DNA from: Gammaproteobacteria bacterium
GTDB lineage: Bacteria > Pseudomonadota > Gammaproteobacteria > Ga0077536
DNA: 64,000 nt
Direction of reading: 5' to 3'
Assembly (NCBI GenBank): GCA_963662545.2
Contig: CAXXLL010000003.1
Coordinates: forward strand, 992,001-1,056,000
This document shows positions 49,201-58,338 of the stretch, piece after piece. The notes under the pieces are model-generated. The model was not told the origin of the DNA. It saw only the letters and a list, made by a program, of their open reading frames with translations, and made no database searches. The position numbers and the translations under genes are program-made. How positions within the stretch are numbered: the stretch's first letter is position 1; each line of letters starts with the position of its first letter.

Positions 49201-51275
49201 GTGTTGTCGACTTGACCGGCAGCGCCGTTGTTCCACACCGGCTCCTCCATCTCGTAGAAGGCGAACAGCGAGAAATCGGCATCGAACGCTTCCGAGAAGG
49301 CGACGAGGCCGGTTTCTTCCCAAATGTGAGCTCGCTCCGCGTTGGCGAATTGGTCCTCGTCTTCGGCAATACGTACGTGGGAAGTTGTCAGGTTGCAGCG
49401 CCGGTGCCAGCCGCCATCGCCGCCGATGTGGCTCATTTCGTGGGCAACGACCAGAGGCGGTATTGAATAGGTGAGATCGAGAAACGGAATACCCAGGACG
49501 CCGGCGTTGAAGCAGATGTCGTCCCAGCCCGACAGGGCAAGCCCGTTCAAAAACGATCGCTGGGCTTCACCTCTGATCGCGTTCCCCGAATTATCGAGAA
49601 ATGAGCCGATCAGTCCTGGTTCGATCGCCAGATAGGCAACGGTTTCCGGAAGCGCTATCGGTCCGCCGGCATTTACTTCCGAACGTTCCAGCGCCATCCG
49701 GAAATCGCTTATTGACGTCGAATTTGTCGCATAGGCGACAGTCAGCCAGGGCACGGCGGGATCCGCCGGCGTATTGGCGACGCCGATGATCTGCGCGAGA
49801 ACGACGGGCGGCGATGGGAAGGCCGTGTTGAAGGTAACGGTTTGAAAGCTGTCCGCTCCCGCAAAATTTTGCTGTAGCGCGGTGACGGAGACGTCACCAA
49901 CATCAACCAGAGTACCGTCCGGGAAATTGAACAGTCCTTTTTCCACCGCGATGTAATGCACTGAACTGGCCGCGCCTCCGGGATTGCTTGGAAAGGCGCC
50001 GCCCTGCGGCTCGATAGCCACGGCCGTGAAACTGGTCGTTCCCGCCACGAGATCGGTGGTGACATCGGTAACGCGGACGGCAGTGGGCTCAGTGTTACTG
50101 CTATCGATCAGTAGGAACACGGCCGGCGCTTGTTCGTAGAACTGCCGCAGAGTAACGGTCAAGGGCGTACCAGGGACCAAGGTGATCTCGTCGGCTTCTA
50201 TCTTGAAACTGGTACTCGCAGTGAGCGGCACGAAAGTCGAATCGAAAAAGAAATCGCGCGAAAACACCACCACACCGACGCCATCGCGAAGAGCCTTGGA
50301 ACGCTCGGCATCACCGACGCCGTCCTCGTCGACGACGACGCGCACGCGAGTGCTCGTCAGATTGCATCGTCTGAGCCAGCCGCCATCACTTTCCAGCCGC
50401 GTTTGCTTCGTCGCCACGACCAGACGGCTGGGTAAAGATTTTGAAAAGTTGATGTTCTCGTCGCAGCCGTCGTTCCATCCATCGGCAGCGGGCGGGAGCG
50501 GAGGGTCAACACGGATAGTCTCCAGTTCAACCAGCACGGCCGCGGCGTTGTTGGCAGTAAAATCCGCCGCCGTCAGATCGGAATCGAAGACGACGTAGCC
50601 GATCTGCTCCAGCGCCGCCTCGGCCGGAGTGAGCGAACCGAGATTGACTTCGTGGCGGTCGATAGCGACGTCAAACCGGTCGGTCAAGACATTATTGACG
50701 GACGCCGTAATCCAGGGTTGAGGCGTCGCCGGCGGAACGCCCGCAATGCCGTTGACAAAAGTTTGGAGCTGCGCCAGTACGACTGGCGTGTTGGCAAACA
50801 CTGTCGTCATCTGTGTCGTATACGTGCCCGCGCAAATTGCCGGCGCGCCGCAAACGATATTCGAAGTGGACAGAACCCCGGCGTCTATCGTAATCGTCCT
50901 GGACCCGAGGAGTTCATCGTCCACGGTCATGGTGTGAACCCCCGGCTCGATCGCGAAATAGTGGACGTCCATTGCAATATGCGGTCCATTTTCGCTGGGA
51001 TCCTCGACCATGACGGCCTCGAACCCGGTAGTCGTGACGTTCCGGATCCGTACGACGGAAATATCCCCCCCCTGATTGGTCGTCAGGATGAAGACGACCG
51101 GTACGGTGTCATAGGTCTGCTGAAACGATTGTGATGTAAAACTGGCACCGCCGCCGGTGGTGGCATTGATTCGAAAAGCGCCCGATTCCATTTTGAACGC
51201 GACAGCGTCTCGAGCCGGAAAGACCAGGCCCATTACGAGCGTCAATATCAATACCGGTAATGTACGAACGTTCAT
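46215..51275 (-). CDS. mshQ: MshQ-like pilus adhesin (duplicated lectin-like module, LamG domain, DUF6701-type C-terminus), 1686 aa
   Basis: Signal peptide; LamG motifs (TVSAWVR, WYHVTGVYDG, GLIDEVRLY); GRFIPAYF, RFGRL, WLRYDWDG and ARASFGIF..IIYIRE. Confidence 0.85.
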   Translation of the reverse strand: MNVRTLPVLILTLVMGLVFPARDAVAFKMESGAFRINATTGGGASFTSQSFQQTYDTVPVVFILTTNQGGDISVVRIRNVTTTGFEAVMVEDPSENGPHIAMDVHYFAIEPGVHTMTVDDELLGSRTITIDAGVLSTSNIVCGAPAICAGTYTTQMTTVFANTPVVLAQLQTFVNGIAGVPPATPQPWITASVNNVLTDRFDVAIDRHEVNLGSLTPAEAALEQIGYVVFDSDLTAADFTANNAAAVLVELETIRVDPPLPPAADGWNDGCDENINFSKSLPSRLVVATKQTRLESDGGWLRRCNLTSTRVRVVVDEDGVGDAERSKALRDGVGVVVFSRDFFFDSTFVPLTASTSFKIEADEITLVPGTPLTVTLRQFYEQAPAVFLLIDSSNTEPTAVRVTDVTTDLVAGTTSFTAVAIEPQGGAFPSNPGGAASSVHYIAVEKGLFNFPDGTLVDVGDVSVTALQQNFAGADSFQTVTFNTAFPSPPVVLAQIIGVANTPADPAVPWLTVAYATNSTSISDFRMALERSEVNAGGPIALPETVAYLAIEPGLIGSFLDNSGNAIRGEAQRSFLNGLALSGWDDICFNAGVLGIPFLDLTYSIPPLVVAHEMSHIGGDGGWHRRCNLTTSHVRIAEDEDQFANAERAHIWEETGLVAFSEAFDADFSLFAFYEMEEPVWNNGAAGQVDNTVDTVLDGTPIDNALTAVTTPAFTALPESTCRYGSFDGSGDLGAVSDGVEIGTTDLALVDEMTVSAWVRWAVNPPAGNNRAVYVQNDTPTNFNDYQFALRGNANNRRFEFRVQTVSGSQRTQTANIVSVNTWYHVTGVYDGSEVRIYVDDVLQDTAAHSGDFVTFNSNRVLNIGKSANAAANEHGIDGLIDEVRLYRRALSLDEIRTIRRFTRPCSSGHDHYAIDHAGAGGGFGVTCEAEAVTILSHEVSHVNAAPPAGTVMTITATPGDGWALGSIGNPGSFSDLGGGVAQYIFDGIETQIELLLSQTSPAVVSFGITDTLGRGIGVGEGPTLEFRDVILQFSPVGVQVAGKPETFSVQVIETGGSGACQAAIPAPGTVDFAFECFAPNTNCTGVTNGEIDGIPISAFDQGAAVPADPVALTFDATSTATFQAQYNDAGLVSLKGSAMVGTPPATVEGATNQYAVRPFALYVDVPGNPAAYDASDPNVFTRAGEDFEVQATPVRWDASDDLDLDGIADGHESGENNPSTLADLSDNSVTVNYQTSGMVPDGRALLSSYLHRPSDASASDPGLSDTGPTPLRIGPFAGTTASSPMINFDEVGVIEIEAVQTGDYLSIGGAETAKIRGVSGAVGRFIPAYFEVVATPNFDLRNGLAAQPWTCGFTYIGQPFEYLAPPVLTVAAKTALNTDANNYSADASAGENFFKFTSTFPNRSYVDNTAPSPSAAFALETLPGAATLSGTGDFDGVFDVSLNGESFRYDKGAAAEIEFEPVLELTIPAAEFTDSDGVCHPGVMTICNLNGPDTSAPYVKSDITTLGVEQRFGRLVVASATGSELIALPVPMQVEYFADQGGGIGVFVTNIDDAPTPVTDTCTELNLQNAVRLTGSGGEQNGDAASVPLQGTGGTTRLVDPASGLPPAPDPEFDSGATTLLFQAPTPSGNTGFVDIRIDLSADGMEWLRYDWDGDGNFDDDPTARASFGIFPGRREIIYIREPWD

Positions 51276-51371
51276 CCTCGTATTAGTTTTAGATCAGGAT
51301 GACGCATCGTATGGTGATATCGCTCACAGCTTAGGGATCGAGGATGCGGAATCGCGTCGGTTACCGCTCCA

Positions 51372-52373
51372 TTACAGCCCCTCTGCGGCCGGATCCCGAG
51401 CCAAAAGCCTCCGGACCGCTTCGTGAGGCGCGCTGTCGCCACTCAAAACGTGTGCGACTTCCGACGCTATCGGCATCTCAACTTTGCACTTATTTGCCAT
51501 TGCACTCACCGCTTTAGCCGTGGGAATTCCCTCGACCAGGTCACCGACGCTCGCGATCGCCTGTTCGATATTACCGAGGCGGGCCATGGCCATACCGAAA
51601 CGCCTGTTACGGGACTGATCATCGGTGCAGGTCAGGACGAGGTCACCCATGCCGGACAATCCCATGAACGTTTCCATCCTGCCGCCACGCGCGATTCCGA
51701 ATCTGGCGATTTCGGCAAGACCACGCGTAATCAAGGCTGCTCGCGTGTTCGCGCCGAGTTCGAGACCGTCAGCGATTCCAGCGGCGATGGCGATCACGTT
51801 CTTGAGCGCCCCGCCAACTTCCACTCCGATGACATCGTCAGTGTAATACGGTCTGAACGAAGGGCCGTGCATCGCCCGGACCAAATCCTGCCCGAGGTCC
51901 GCCTCCGTCGCCGCGATCGTGATTGCGGCCGGGCTGCCGCGCATCACTTCGGTAGCGAAATTGGGACCCGACAGCTGCGCGAAAGGGATGTCGGAAGAAC
52001 AAACGTCGCCGACGATTTCGTGCGCCATCATCTCGGTATTTGATTCCAGACCCTTGCTGGCGCATGCAATAGCGGGTAACGCCGGTACGGCCGCGATCAG
52101 TTCGATCAAGGCCGAGCGCAAGGCCTGAAACGGCACGACGAAAACCGCGCACGAAAGATCCCCTACGCTGCCTAAATCGGTGACTGGCCTGACCAGACGT
52201 TCGAACTCCGAATCTACGGCGAACCTGGGGTGTCGTCGCGACTCCGCGATCACCCGTATTGTCTCCGCATCGCTGTCCCAAAGGAGCGTTTCGCGCCCCG
52301 CGCGCGCAAACACGTTTGCCAGAGCCGTGCCCCACGCGCCGGCACCGACGATCAAGACCGGTCGCTCGTTCAT
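51372..52373 (-). CDS. gpsA: NAD(P)H-dependent glycerol-3-phosphate dehydrogenase
   Basis: GAGAWGTALA, SGPNFA, ALKNVIAIAAG and GDLVLTCT..QSRN. Confidence 0.98.
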   Translation of the reverse strand: MNERPVLIVGAGAWGTALANVFARAGRETLLWDSDAETIRVIAESRRHPRFAVDSEFERLVRPVTDLGSVGDLSCAVFVVPFQALRSALIELIAAVPALPAIACASKGLESNTEMMAHEIVGDVCSSDIPFAQLSGPNFATEVMRGSPAAITIAATEADLGQDLVRAMHGPSFRPYYTDDVIGVEVGGALKNVIAIAAGIADGLELGANTRAALITRGLAEIARFGIARGGRMETFMGLSGMGDLVLTCTDDQSRNRRFGMAMARLGNIEQAIASVGDLVEGIPTAKAVSAMANKCKVEMPIASEVAHVLSGDSAPHEAVRRLLARDPAAEGL

Positions 52374-52475
52374 GCGCCGATTCAGTTCACCATCGAGGTC
52401 ATCTTTTCGATTACCTTATTCAGCGCATCCGTGCGCTTCATCCTTGCGGCGCTCGCGCGCGGTTGAGTACCTTGA

Positions 52476-52637
52476 GGAACCTCTGAATAAGTCATGGCCC
52501 ATCTGCCTGGCCCATGAAATCGCGGAGCCTTACGTTACGAACCTTAGCCCTAGGCCCCGCTGTACCCTGTGATTCGTGCCTTGATCTGCACCATTGCATG
52601 AACCATTCAGACCCACCATGACTTATTCAGAGGTTCC
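52476..52637. mobile_element. 162-bp MITE
   Basis: Perfect 22-bp TIR GGAACCTCTGAATAAGTCATGG; no ORF; no clear TSD. Confidence 0.85.
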
Positions 52638-52730
52638 GTAAGTGGGTTCCGGGCTCAACCCGTTGGCGGCCTTAAACCATCCGAGCGCGCTCCCTGCGAA
52701 TGTCGAGGATGGCTGCTTTTTGCAGGAAGC

Positions 52731-53225
52731 TCAATGCCGCGCCCCGGATGGCGATTTTTGAGTCTGCCTGCGGCGCTGTTCCTGGGTATAGAGTATTTCA
52801 AAATTAACCGGTGCCAGCAGGAGTTGTGGAAAGCCCCCCTTTACCACTAGATCGCAGATTGCTTCGCGCGCAAATGGGAACAAGGTGTTGGGACACGCGG
52901 TTGCAAGTATTGCCGGCAGATGCTCTTCCGGAAATCCGCGAATGGTGAATATGCCGGCCTGCTGAACCTCTACCAAGTAGATCGTACGTTCGTCCTGTTG
53001 GACTTTCACCGTCACTGTCAAGACAACTTCATGGTTATCTGAATCGAGCGCCGTCGTGTTATTAGAAAATTGGACATCAGCCGATGGGTTGAGCTCCGTG
53101 GTGAACACGTCCGGAGAATTTGGCGCCTCGAATGACAGGTCCTTGATGTAGATTCTCTGGATCGCCAACTGGCCGGTAATGGGTTGTTGCTCACCGACTG
53201 GATTCGGTGTTGAATTTTCGGCCAT
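52731..53225 (-). CDS. secB: protein-export chaperone SecB
   Basis: IQRIYIKDLSFEAP, EVQQAGIF, CPNTLFPFARE and GGFPQLLLAPVNF. Confidence 0.98.
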   Translation of the reverse strand: MAENSTPNPVGEQQPITGQLAIQRIYIKDLSFEAPNSPDVFTTELNPSADVQFSNNTTALDSDNHEVVLTVTVKVQQDERTIYLVEVQQAGIFTIRGFPEEHLPAILATACPNTLFPFAREAICDLVVKGGFPQLLLAPVNFEILYTQEQRRRQTQKSPSGARH

Positions 53226-53341
53226 TGATTGATCTCCGTCTATTTGATTGCCGGCACCCTGTAATCCGCACCTGTAATCGCACCGCGCCTGATCGGAAAT
53301 ACCTGGCACGGCTCCCAGCGTCCGGCCCATGCTTCCCGGTG

Positions 53342-53758
53342 TTACGAACCGGAGGTTACGGGCAGGTTCTCGCCTCGCCAGGCGCTCAATCCACCTTTCA
53401 AGGCATGGGTTTGCTCGAACCCCATTTGTTTGAGTTCCCGCACCGCCTTGCCCGACAGACTGCCTGCGCCGCAGTATACGAGTAGCGGCTTTTCTTTGTG
53501 CTTTTTGAGCTTTTCCTCAGCTTGTGACAGATCCGAGAGTGGAATGTGTATAGCATCGATGATGTGTCCCGATTCGAAATCTGACTTTGCGCGAATATCG
53601 ATGGTCACGGCGTTTTCACGATTGATAAGCTGCACCGCTGCCTGTGGTGCAACGCCACCAGCGGACGAAGTGAGGTTCGAGATTAATAAACCCAGCACGA
53701 CGAAAAATGCTGTGACGAGCATCAAGTGATTAACGACGAAATCCGACAATTGATCCAT
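53342..53758 (-). CDS. YibN-like rhodanese domain protein
   Basis: N-terminal TM, DIR...F.SGHI and LKGGL.AW..ENLP; conserved position upstream of secB. Confidence 0.92.
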   Translation of the reverse strand: MDQLSDFVVNHLMLVTAFFVVLGLLISNLTSSAGGVAPQAAVQLINRENAVTIDIRAKSDFESGHIIDAIHIPLSDLSQAEEKLKKHKEKPLLVYCGAGSLSGKAVRELKQMGFEQTHALKGGLSAWRGENLPVTSGS

Positions 53759-54056
53759 GGGCGCGTAGCCAGTAAAGGTAATATTATTTTTCGCGATCGG
53801 GTGCAAAAGCGACGCTATGATACACTGAACAACCGTCACCAATGGCGACGGAATTTAGAAGTCATATCAAAATTTGTGTTGGGTGTTCAGATAAAGCGCG
53901 CGGGCTTCGAGGAGCTCGGCTTATAGCCAAATTGCGACCACGCCGCCCGGCATCGGAGAAACACGCGCAACCGAGCTTTAACGTTCCACACGACATGAGG
54001 CCACTTCTAGTCAGGTTGTGCGAATCGAATCTTCTCTTATCGTTCTCATGATCCGT

Positions 54057-55634
54057 ATGGCAAAGGTCAAATATCCCGTCATGCTTATCGTCCTTGATGG
54101 TTGGGGACACAGTGACGAGACTCAATACAACGCGATCCATTCCGCGAATACACCCGTATGGCACAAGCTGTGGTCGAACTGCCCGCACCTCCTCATCCGA
54201 TGTTCAGGCACCGACGTCGGGCTGCCGGATCGCCAGATGGGCAATTCCGAAGTCGGGCATATGCATATTGGTGCGGGCCGGCTCATTGAGCAGGACCTTT
54301 CACGCATCGAAAAGGCAATTGCAAGCGGCGAATTCGCGCACAATGAGGTACTCATGGAGGCCTGTCGGAAAGCCGCCGTAAACGACCGCGCCGTGCATGT
54401 TCTCGGACTCGCCTCGCCAGGGGGCGTTCATAGCCACGAGAATCAGATCTTCGCCCTGTTGGACCTTGCGCATGCGCAAGGGGTTCGATCAGTGCTTGTC
54501 CACGCGTTCCTGGACGGTCGCGATACGCCGCCCAAAAGCGCTCGCGCGTCACTGGAAAAAATGCAAGATCATTGCGCCACACTCGGAAACGCACGCATCG
54601 CTTCGATAGCGGGGCGCTATTACCCGATGGACCGAAACAAGAACTGGGATCGTGTGGCGCCGGCTTATGAATTGATCGTTTCCGGTAAGGCCGAATTTCA
54701 CGCCTTCGACCCCCTCGCTGCGATCGAGATGGCTTACGCGAGAAATGAAACGGACGAATTCGTCCGCGCCACTGTGATCCTGGATACAAACGGCACAAGG
54801 CATTTTGTAGAGGACGGGGACGTCATCATTTTTGCTAACTTCCGCGCGGATCGCGCGCGGCAGTTAACCACGGCATTAACCCGTGTGGACTTCGACCATT
54901 TCAGCAGGGACCGGCTGCCGGACCTCGGCGCATTCGTCGCATTTACGGATTACGGTGAACAATTCAATTATCCGGTCGCCTTTCCCGCGATCGATCTTCC
55001 CAATACGTTTGGAGCCGTCCTTGCAGATCATCATCTGCGGCAATTGCGTATCGCGGAAACAGAAAAATATGCTCACGTTAGTTTCTTTTTCAATGGCGGC
55101 AAGGAAAGCGTTTTCGAAGGAGAGGATCGCGTCCTGATACCTTCGCCCGACGTCGCGACGTATGACATGAAACCCGAAATGAGTGCGTTTGAGCTCACCG
55201 ACGCATTGACCTCTGTACTCGCCATTCGCAAATACGATGCGATCATCTGCAACTTCGCGAACGCCGATATGGTCGGACATACGGGTAATTTCGATGCAAC
55301 CGTCAAATGCATCGAGGCCCTCGACACATGCATCGGCCGGATCGTGGAGGTCGCACAAAAGCACGGGAGTGAAATTTTGATTACTGCCGATCATGGCAAC
55401 GCGGAGAAGATGCGATCACATCTTGCGGGTCAAGATGAGGGACATCCGCACACGGCGCACACCAGTAACCGCGTGCCTTTCGTGTATGTGGGCCGCAAGG
55501 CGAAAATCGCCTCTGACGGGAGTCTCTGCGACATTGCCCCCACGATGCTTTCGCTATTATCTCTGGAGATTCCGACCGAGATGACGGGCAAACCACTTAT
55601 AAGGGTCCTAGATTCAACACAGAATGCGAGCTAG
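54057..55634 (+). CDS. gpmI: 2,3-BPG-independent phosphoglycerate mutase
   Basis: LDGWG, QMGNSEVGH, DGRD, AETEKYAHV, DMVGHTG and TADHGN. Confidence 0.98.
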   Translation: MAKVKYPVMLIVLDGWGHSDETQYNAIHSANTPVWHKLWSNCPHLLIRCSGTDVGLPDRQMGNSEVGHMHIGAGRLIEQDLSRIEKAIASGEFAHNEVLMEACRKAAVNDRAVHVLGLASPGGVHSHENQIFALLDLAHAQGVRSVLVHAFLDGRDTPPKSARASLEKMQDHCATLGNARIASIAGRYYPMDRNKNWDRVAPAYELIVSGKAEFHAFDPLAAIEMAYARNETDEFVRATVILDTNGTRHFVEDGDVIIFANFRADRARQLTTALTRVDFDHFSRDRLPDLGAFVAFTDYGEQFNYPVAFPAIDLPNTFGAVLADHHLRQLRIAETEKYAHVSFFFNGGKESVFEGEDRVLIPSPDVATYDMKPEMSAFELTDALTSVLAIRKYDAIICNFANADMVGHTGNFDATVKCIEALDTCIGRIVEVAQKHGSEILITADHGNAEKMRSHLAGQDEGHPHTAHTSNRVPFVYVGRKAKIASDGSLCDIAPTMLSLLSLEIPTEMTGKPLIRVLDSTQNAS

Positions 55635-56802
55635 GGTCGTATCCAATCCCCGCTCCACCCTATCGCTACGCCCACGCGGCTTATTCGTCAATATTGCGGC
55701 TGTCGCGACCTTGACAGTCCTCTCTGCGATTACCTGGGCGGACCAAGCCACTGATCTAGAACGCCTTCGAATGGCAATCCATGATCTTAAATCGAGCTTG
55801 GAAGATGATTCGATCAAATTGACAAGGGCGCGCGAGCAGGCGTTCGAACTCGAACGCGATAGTTCCGAAGCGGCAAAGCGACAACGTCACCTGGAACATC
55901 AAATCTCGATTAAGACAGCGCGCGTTAATGAACTCAAGAAAAAAAAGGCGAGGATTGGTGGGCTACTCGAGACATCGCGTGCTTACCTGCATCAAAGCGC
56001 GTTATCGAGATACATGCTGTCGCTCCAGCCCAAACTTAAAATCCTTCTGAATACCGATGATGCTCGCAAGCTAAGTCGAATTCTCGCTTATTACAATTAC
56101 ATCATCGCAGGACATCACCACGACGTTAAAAGGACGCGGTCAAACTTCGAAGCACTCGCAAGCACGGAAGCCGCACTTAAATTAGAAATGAACAGCCTCA
56201 GGAATTTAATGCACGAAACGATCAAAAATTTGGAGTTACTAGGCAAAGTGCGCGTCGAGAGGTCCGAATTAGCTGTCGCTATTAGAGCCCGGATGGATTA
56301 TGGAAACACGCGGATGGATCAACTGCGCGAAGACGAGCGGCGTCTTCTCGATCTCATTGGTAAACTCGGACATGAAAAGAGTGTGACCGAAATTCAAATA
56401 CCGTTCATCGATCTGAAGGGTAAACTCGATTGGCCGGCACCAGGACGGGTGGCGAACGCGCCAGGTATGGCCTTGAGACAAGGCGGCGCGCGCTGGGCAG
56501 GGGTCCTCATCAAGGCGGAAACGGGTACGGAAGTCATATCCGTCGCCGGTGGACGCGTCGTATTCGCGGATTGGTTTCGCAACCTCGGTCAACTCGTAAT
56601 CATCGATCACGGCGATGGCTACATGACGCTGTATGGAAACAATACTGAACTGCATAAACAGGCCGGCGAGGAGGTGGGTGCGGGGGAAATCATCGCCACC
56701 GTAGGGGACGGGGACGACGAAATGCCGCACGGATTGTACTTCGAACTCCGGGTGGGCGGCGAACCGCTCGATCCGCGACCTTGGTTTGTTGCGCCCCAAT
56801 GA
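55624..56802 (+). CDS. envC: murein hydrolase activator EnvC (M23-like)
   Basis: Coiled coil, KGKLDWP, IIDHGDGYMTLYG and LYFELR; gpmI-envC-ctpA synteny; start uncertain. Confidence 0.92.
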   Translation: MRARVVSNPRSTLSLRPRGLFVNIAAVATLTVLSAITWADQATDLERLRMAIHDLKSSLEDDSIKLTRAREQAFELERDSSEAAKRQRHLEHQISIKTARVNELKKKKARIGGLLETSRAYLHQSALSRYMLSLQPKLKILLNTDDARKLSRILAYYNYIIAGHHHDVKRTRSNFEALASTEAALKLEMNSLRNLMHETIKNLELLGKVRVERSELAVAIRARMDYGNTRMDQLREDERRLLDLIGKLGHEKSVTEIQIPFIDLKGKLDWPAPGRVANAPGMALRQGGARWAGVLIKAETGTEVISVAGGRVVFADWFRNLGQLVIIDHGDGYMTLYGNNTELHKQAGEEVGAGEIIATVGDGDDEMPHGLYFELRVGGEPLDPRPWFVAPQ

Positions 56803-56856
56803 ACGGCCCGCGCGGAAGAGCCATATAATATGAGAGGTGGACGGTCATTTTTTTGT

Positions 56857-56924
56857 CCCTCTGTGTTCTCCGTGTACTCTGTGGTTCATTGCGACAGTAT
56901 TCGAGAATTGGGAGATTAGGAACT
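56857..56924. repeat. half copy of the CACAGAG-hairpin element
   Basis: Ungapped 52/68 identity to 63081-63148 with an identical 20-nt core TGGTTCATTGCGACAGTATT. Confidence 0.85.
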
Positions 56925-56936
56925 AAGGAACCTCTA

Positions 56937-58322
56937 ATGCACATGTTGATCAAAAACGCTCCCTGCCTGTACCAGGCCGCTGTTTTCGCCTTAGGCCTCA
57001 GCCTCGCCGCCGAAGCGCAGAATTCGACTACCACGCCTGAGTCCAGTGTCGCTACGGATGAAACCGCCGAAGTAAATCCCGCCGACTCTAACGGCCCCAC
57101 GCGTGACCCTATTCCCGTGGATGACATTCGCGTATTAGTCGAAGTCTTTCACAAGATAAAGAAGGACTACGTCGAAGTGATCGAAGATACCGATCTCATC
57201 GAAAACGCGATGCGCGGCATGCTCGCGGGCCTCGATCCGCATTCCTCGTATCTCGATAAAGATGATTATCGCGACCTCCGCGAAGGCACATCGGGCGAAT
57301 TTGGTGGTCTTGGCATCGAAGTTGGAATGGAAGACGGATTCGTGAAGGTCATTGCGCCTATCGATGATACGCCGGCCCACCGCGCCGGCATCCAGGCGGG
57401 AGACACGATCGTTCGGCTGGACGACACACCGATAAGAGGAATGTCGCTGAATGACGCGGTCAAGAAAATGCGCGGGAAACCCGACTCTCAAATCATCCTG
57501 ACGATCATTCGAGATGGCGAGAACAAACCGCTAACGTTCACCATTGTGCGTGATTTGATCAAGGTGCGCAGCGTTCGCAGCCGTATGCTGGAACCTGGGT
57601 TCGGATACATTCGCATCTCGCAATTTCAGGCCCGCACCGGGGACGATTTGCGAACGCATATTCGGGATTTGAAAGATGAGGCGCCAGATGGATTAAAAGG
57701 GCTCATCATCGATATAAGAAACAATCCCGGTGGGATTTTGGGTGCCGCCGTATCGGTTGCCGATGCGTTCCTCGACAGCGGAATGATCGTGTATACGGAA
57801 GGCCGCATCAAGGATTCCCAGCTGGAATTCACCGCCAAGCCGCCGGATTCGTTGCACGGCGCACCCCTCATTGTTCTGGTCAACGAAGGCTCGGCATCCG
57901 CTTCGGAGATCGTAGCCGGTGCCCTTCAGGATCGCGAACGCGCGCTGATTATGGGGCGCCCGACCTTCGGTAAGGGTTCAGTCCAAACGATCCTGCCGAT
58001 GAACAATAAAGCGGCCCTGAAACTGACGACGGCGCGTTATTTCACGCCTTCGGGTCGATCCATCCAGGCAGAAGGGATCAAACCAGACATCATCATCGAC
58101 AAGGTCAAGGTTTCGGCTGTTACAGCGGCGGCGACCAAGGCAGTAAAAGAGGCGAATCTCGACCGGCACTTGGAAAATCCCGAGGAATCAGACGAGATCA
58201 AAAAGGTCGAAGAGAAAGATTCTGGTGAACAACCCTTGGCCGAAAGGGATTACACGCTTTATGAGGCATTGAACCTGCTCAAAGGTATGGACGTTCTGTA
58301 CGCTCGCACCCCCACACCGTAA
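56937..58322 (+). CDS. ctpA: carboxy-terminal processing protease (S41A)
   Basis: LDPHS, PDZ GGLGIEV, DIRNNPGG, GSASASEIVAGALQD and TFGKGSVQ. Confidence 0.96.
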   Translation: MHMLIKNAPCLYQAAVFALGLSLAAEAQNSTTTPESSVATDETAEVNPADSNGPTRDPIPVDDIRVLVEVFHKIKKDYVEVIEDTDLIENAMRGMLAGLDPHSSYLDKDDYRDLREGTSGEFGGLGIEVGMEDGFVKVIAPIDDTPAHRAGIQAGDTIVRLDDTPIRGMSLNDAVKKMRGKPDSQIILTIIRDGENKPLTFTIVRDLIKVRSVRSRMLEPGFGYIRISQFQARTGDDLRTHIRDLKDEAPDGLKGLIIDIRNNPGGILGAAVSVADAFLDSGMIVYTEGRIKDSQLEFTAKPPDSLHGAPLIVLVNEGSASASEIVAGALQDRERALIMGRPTFGKGSVQTILPMNNKAALKLTTARYFTPSGRSIQAEGIKPDIIIDKVKVSAVTAAATKAVKEANLDRHLENPEESDEIKKVEEKDSGEQPLAERDYTLYEALNLLKGMDVLYARTPTP

Positions 58323-58338
58323 GCGCGCTCTTCGTCCC

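Noticed and set aside
56853-56936. ctpA extension MSLCVLRVLCGSLRQY...
   Set aside because: It is the translation of the CACAGAG repeat arm, not a protein domain.
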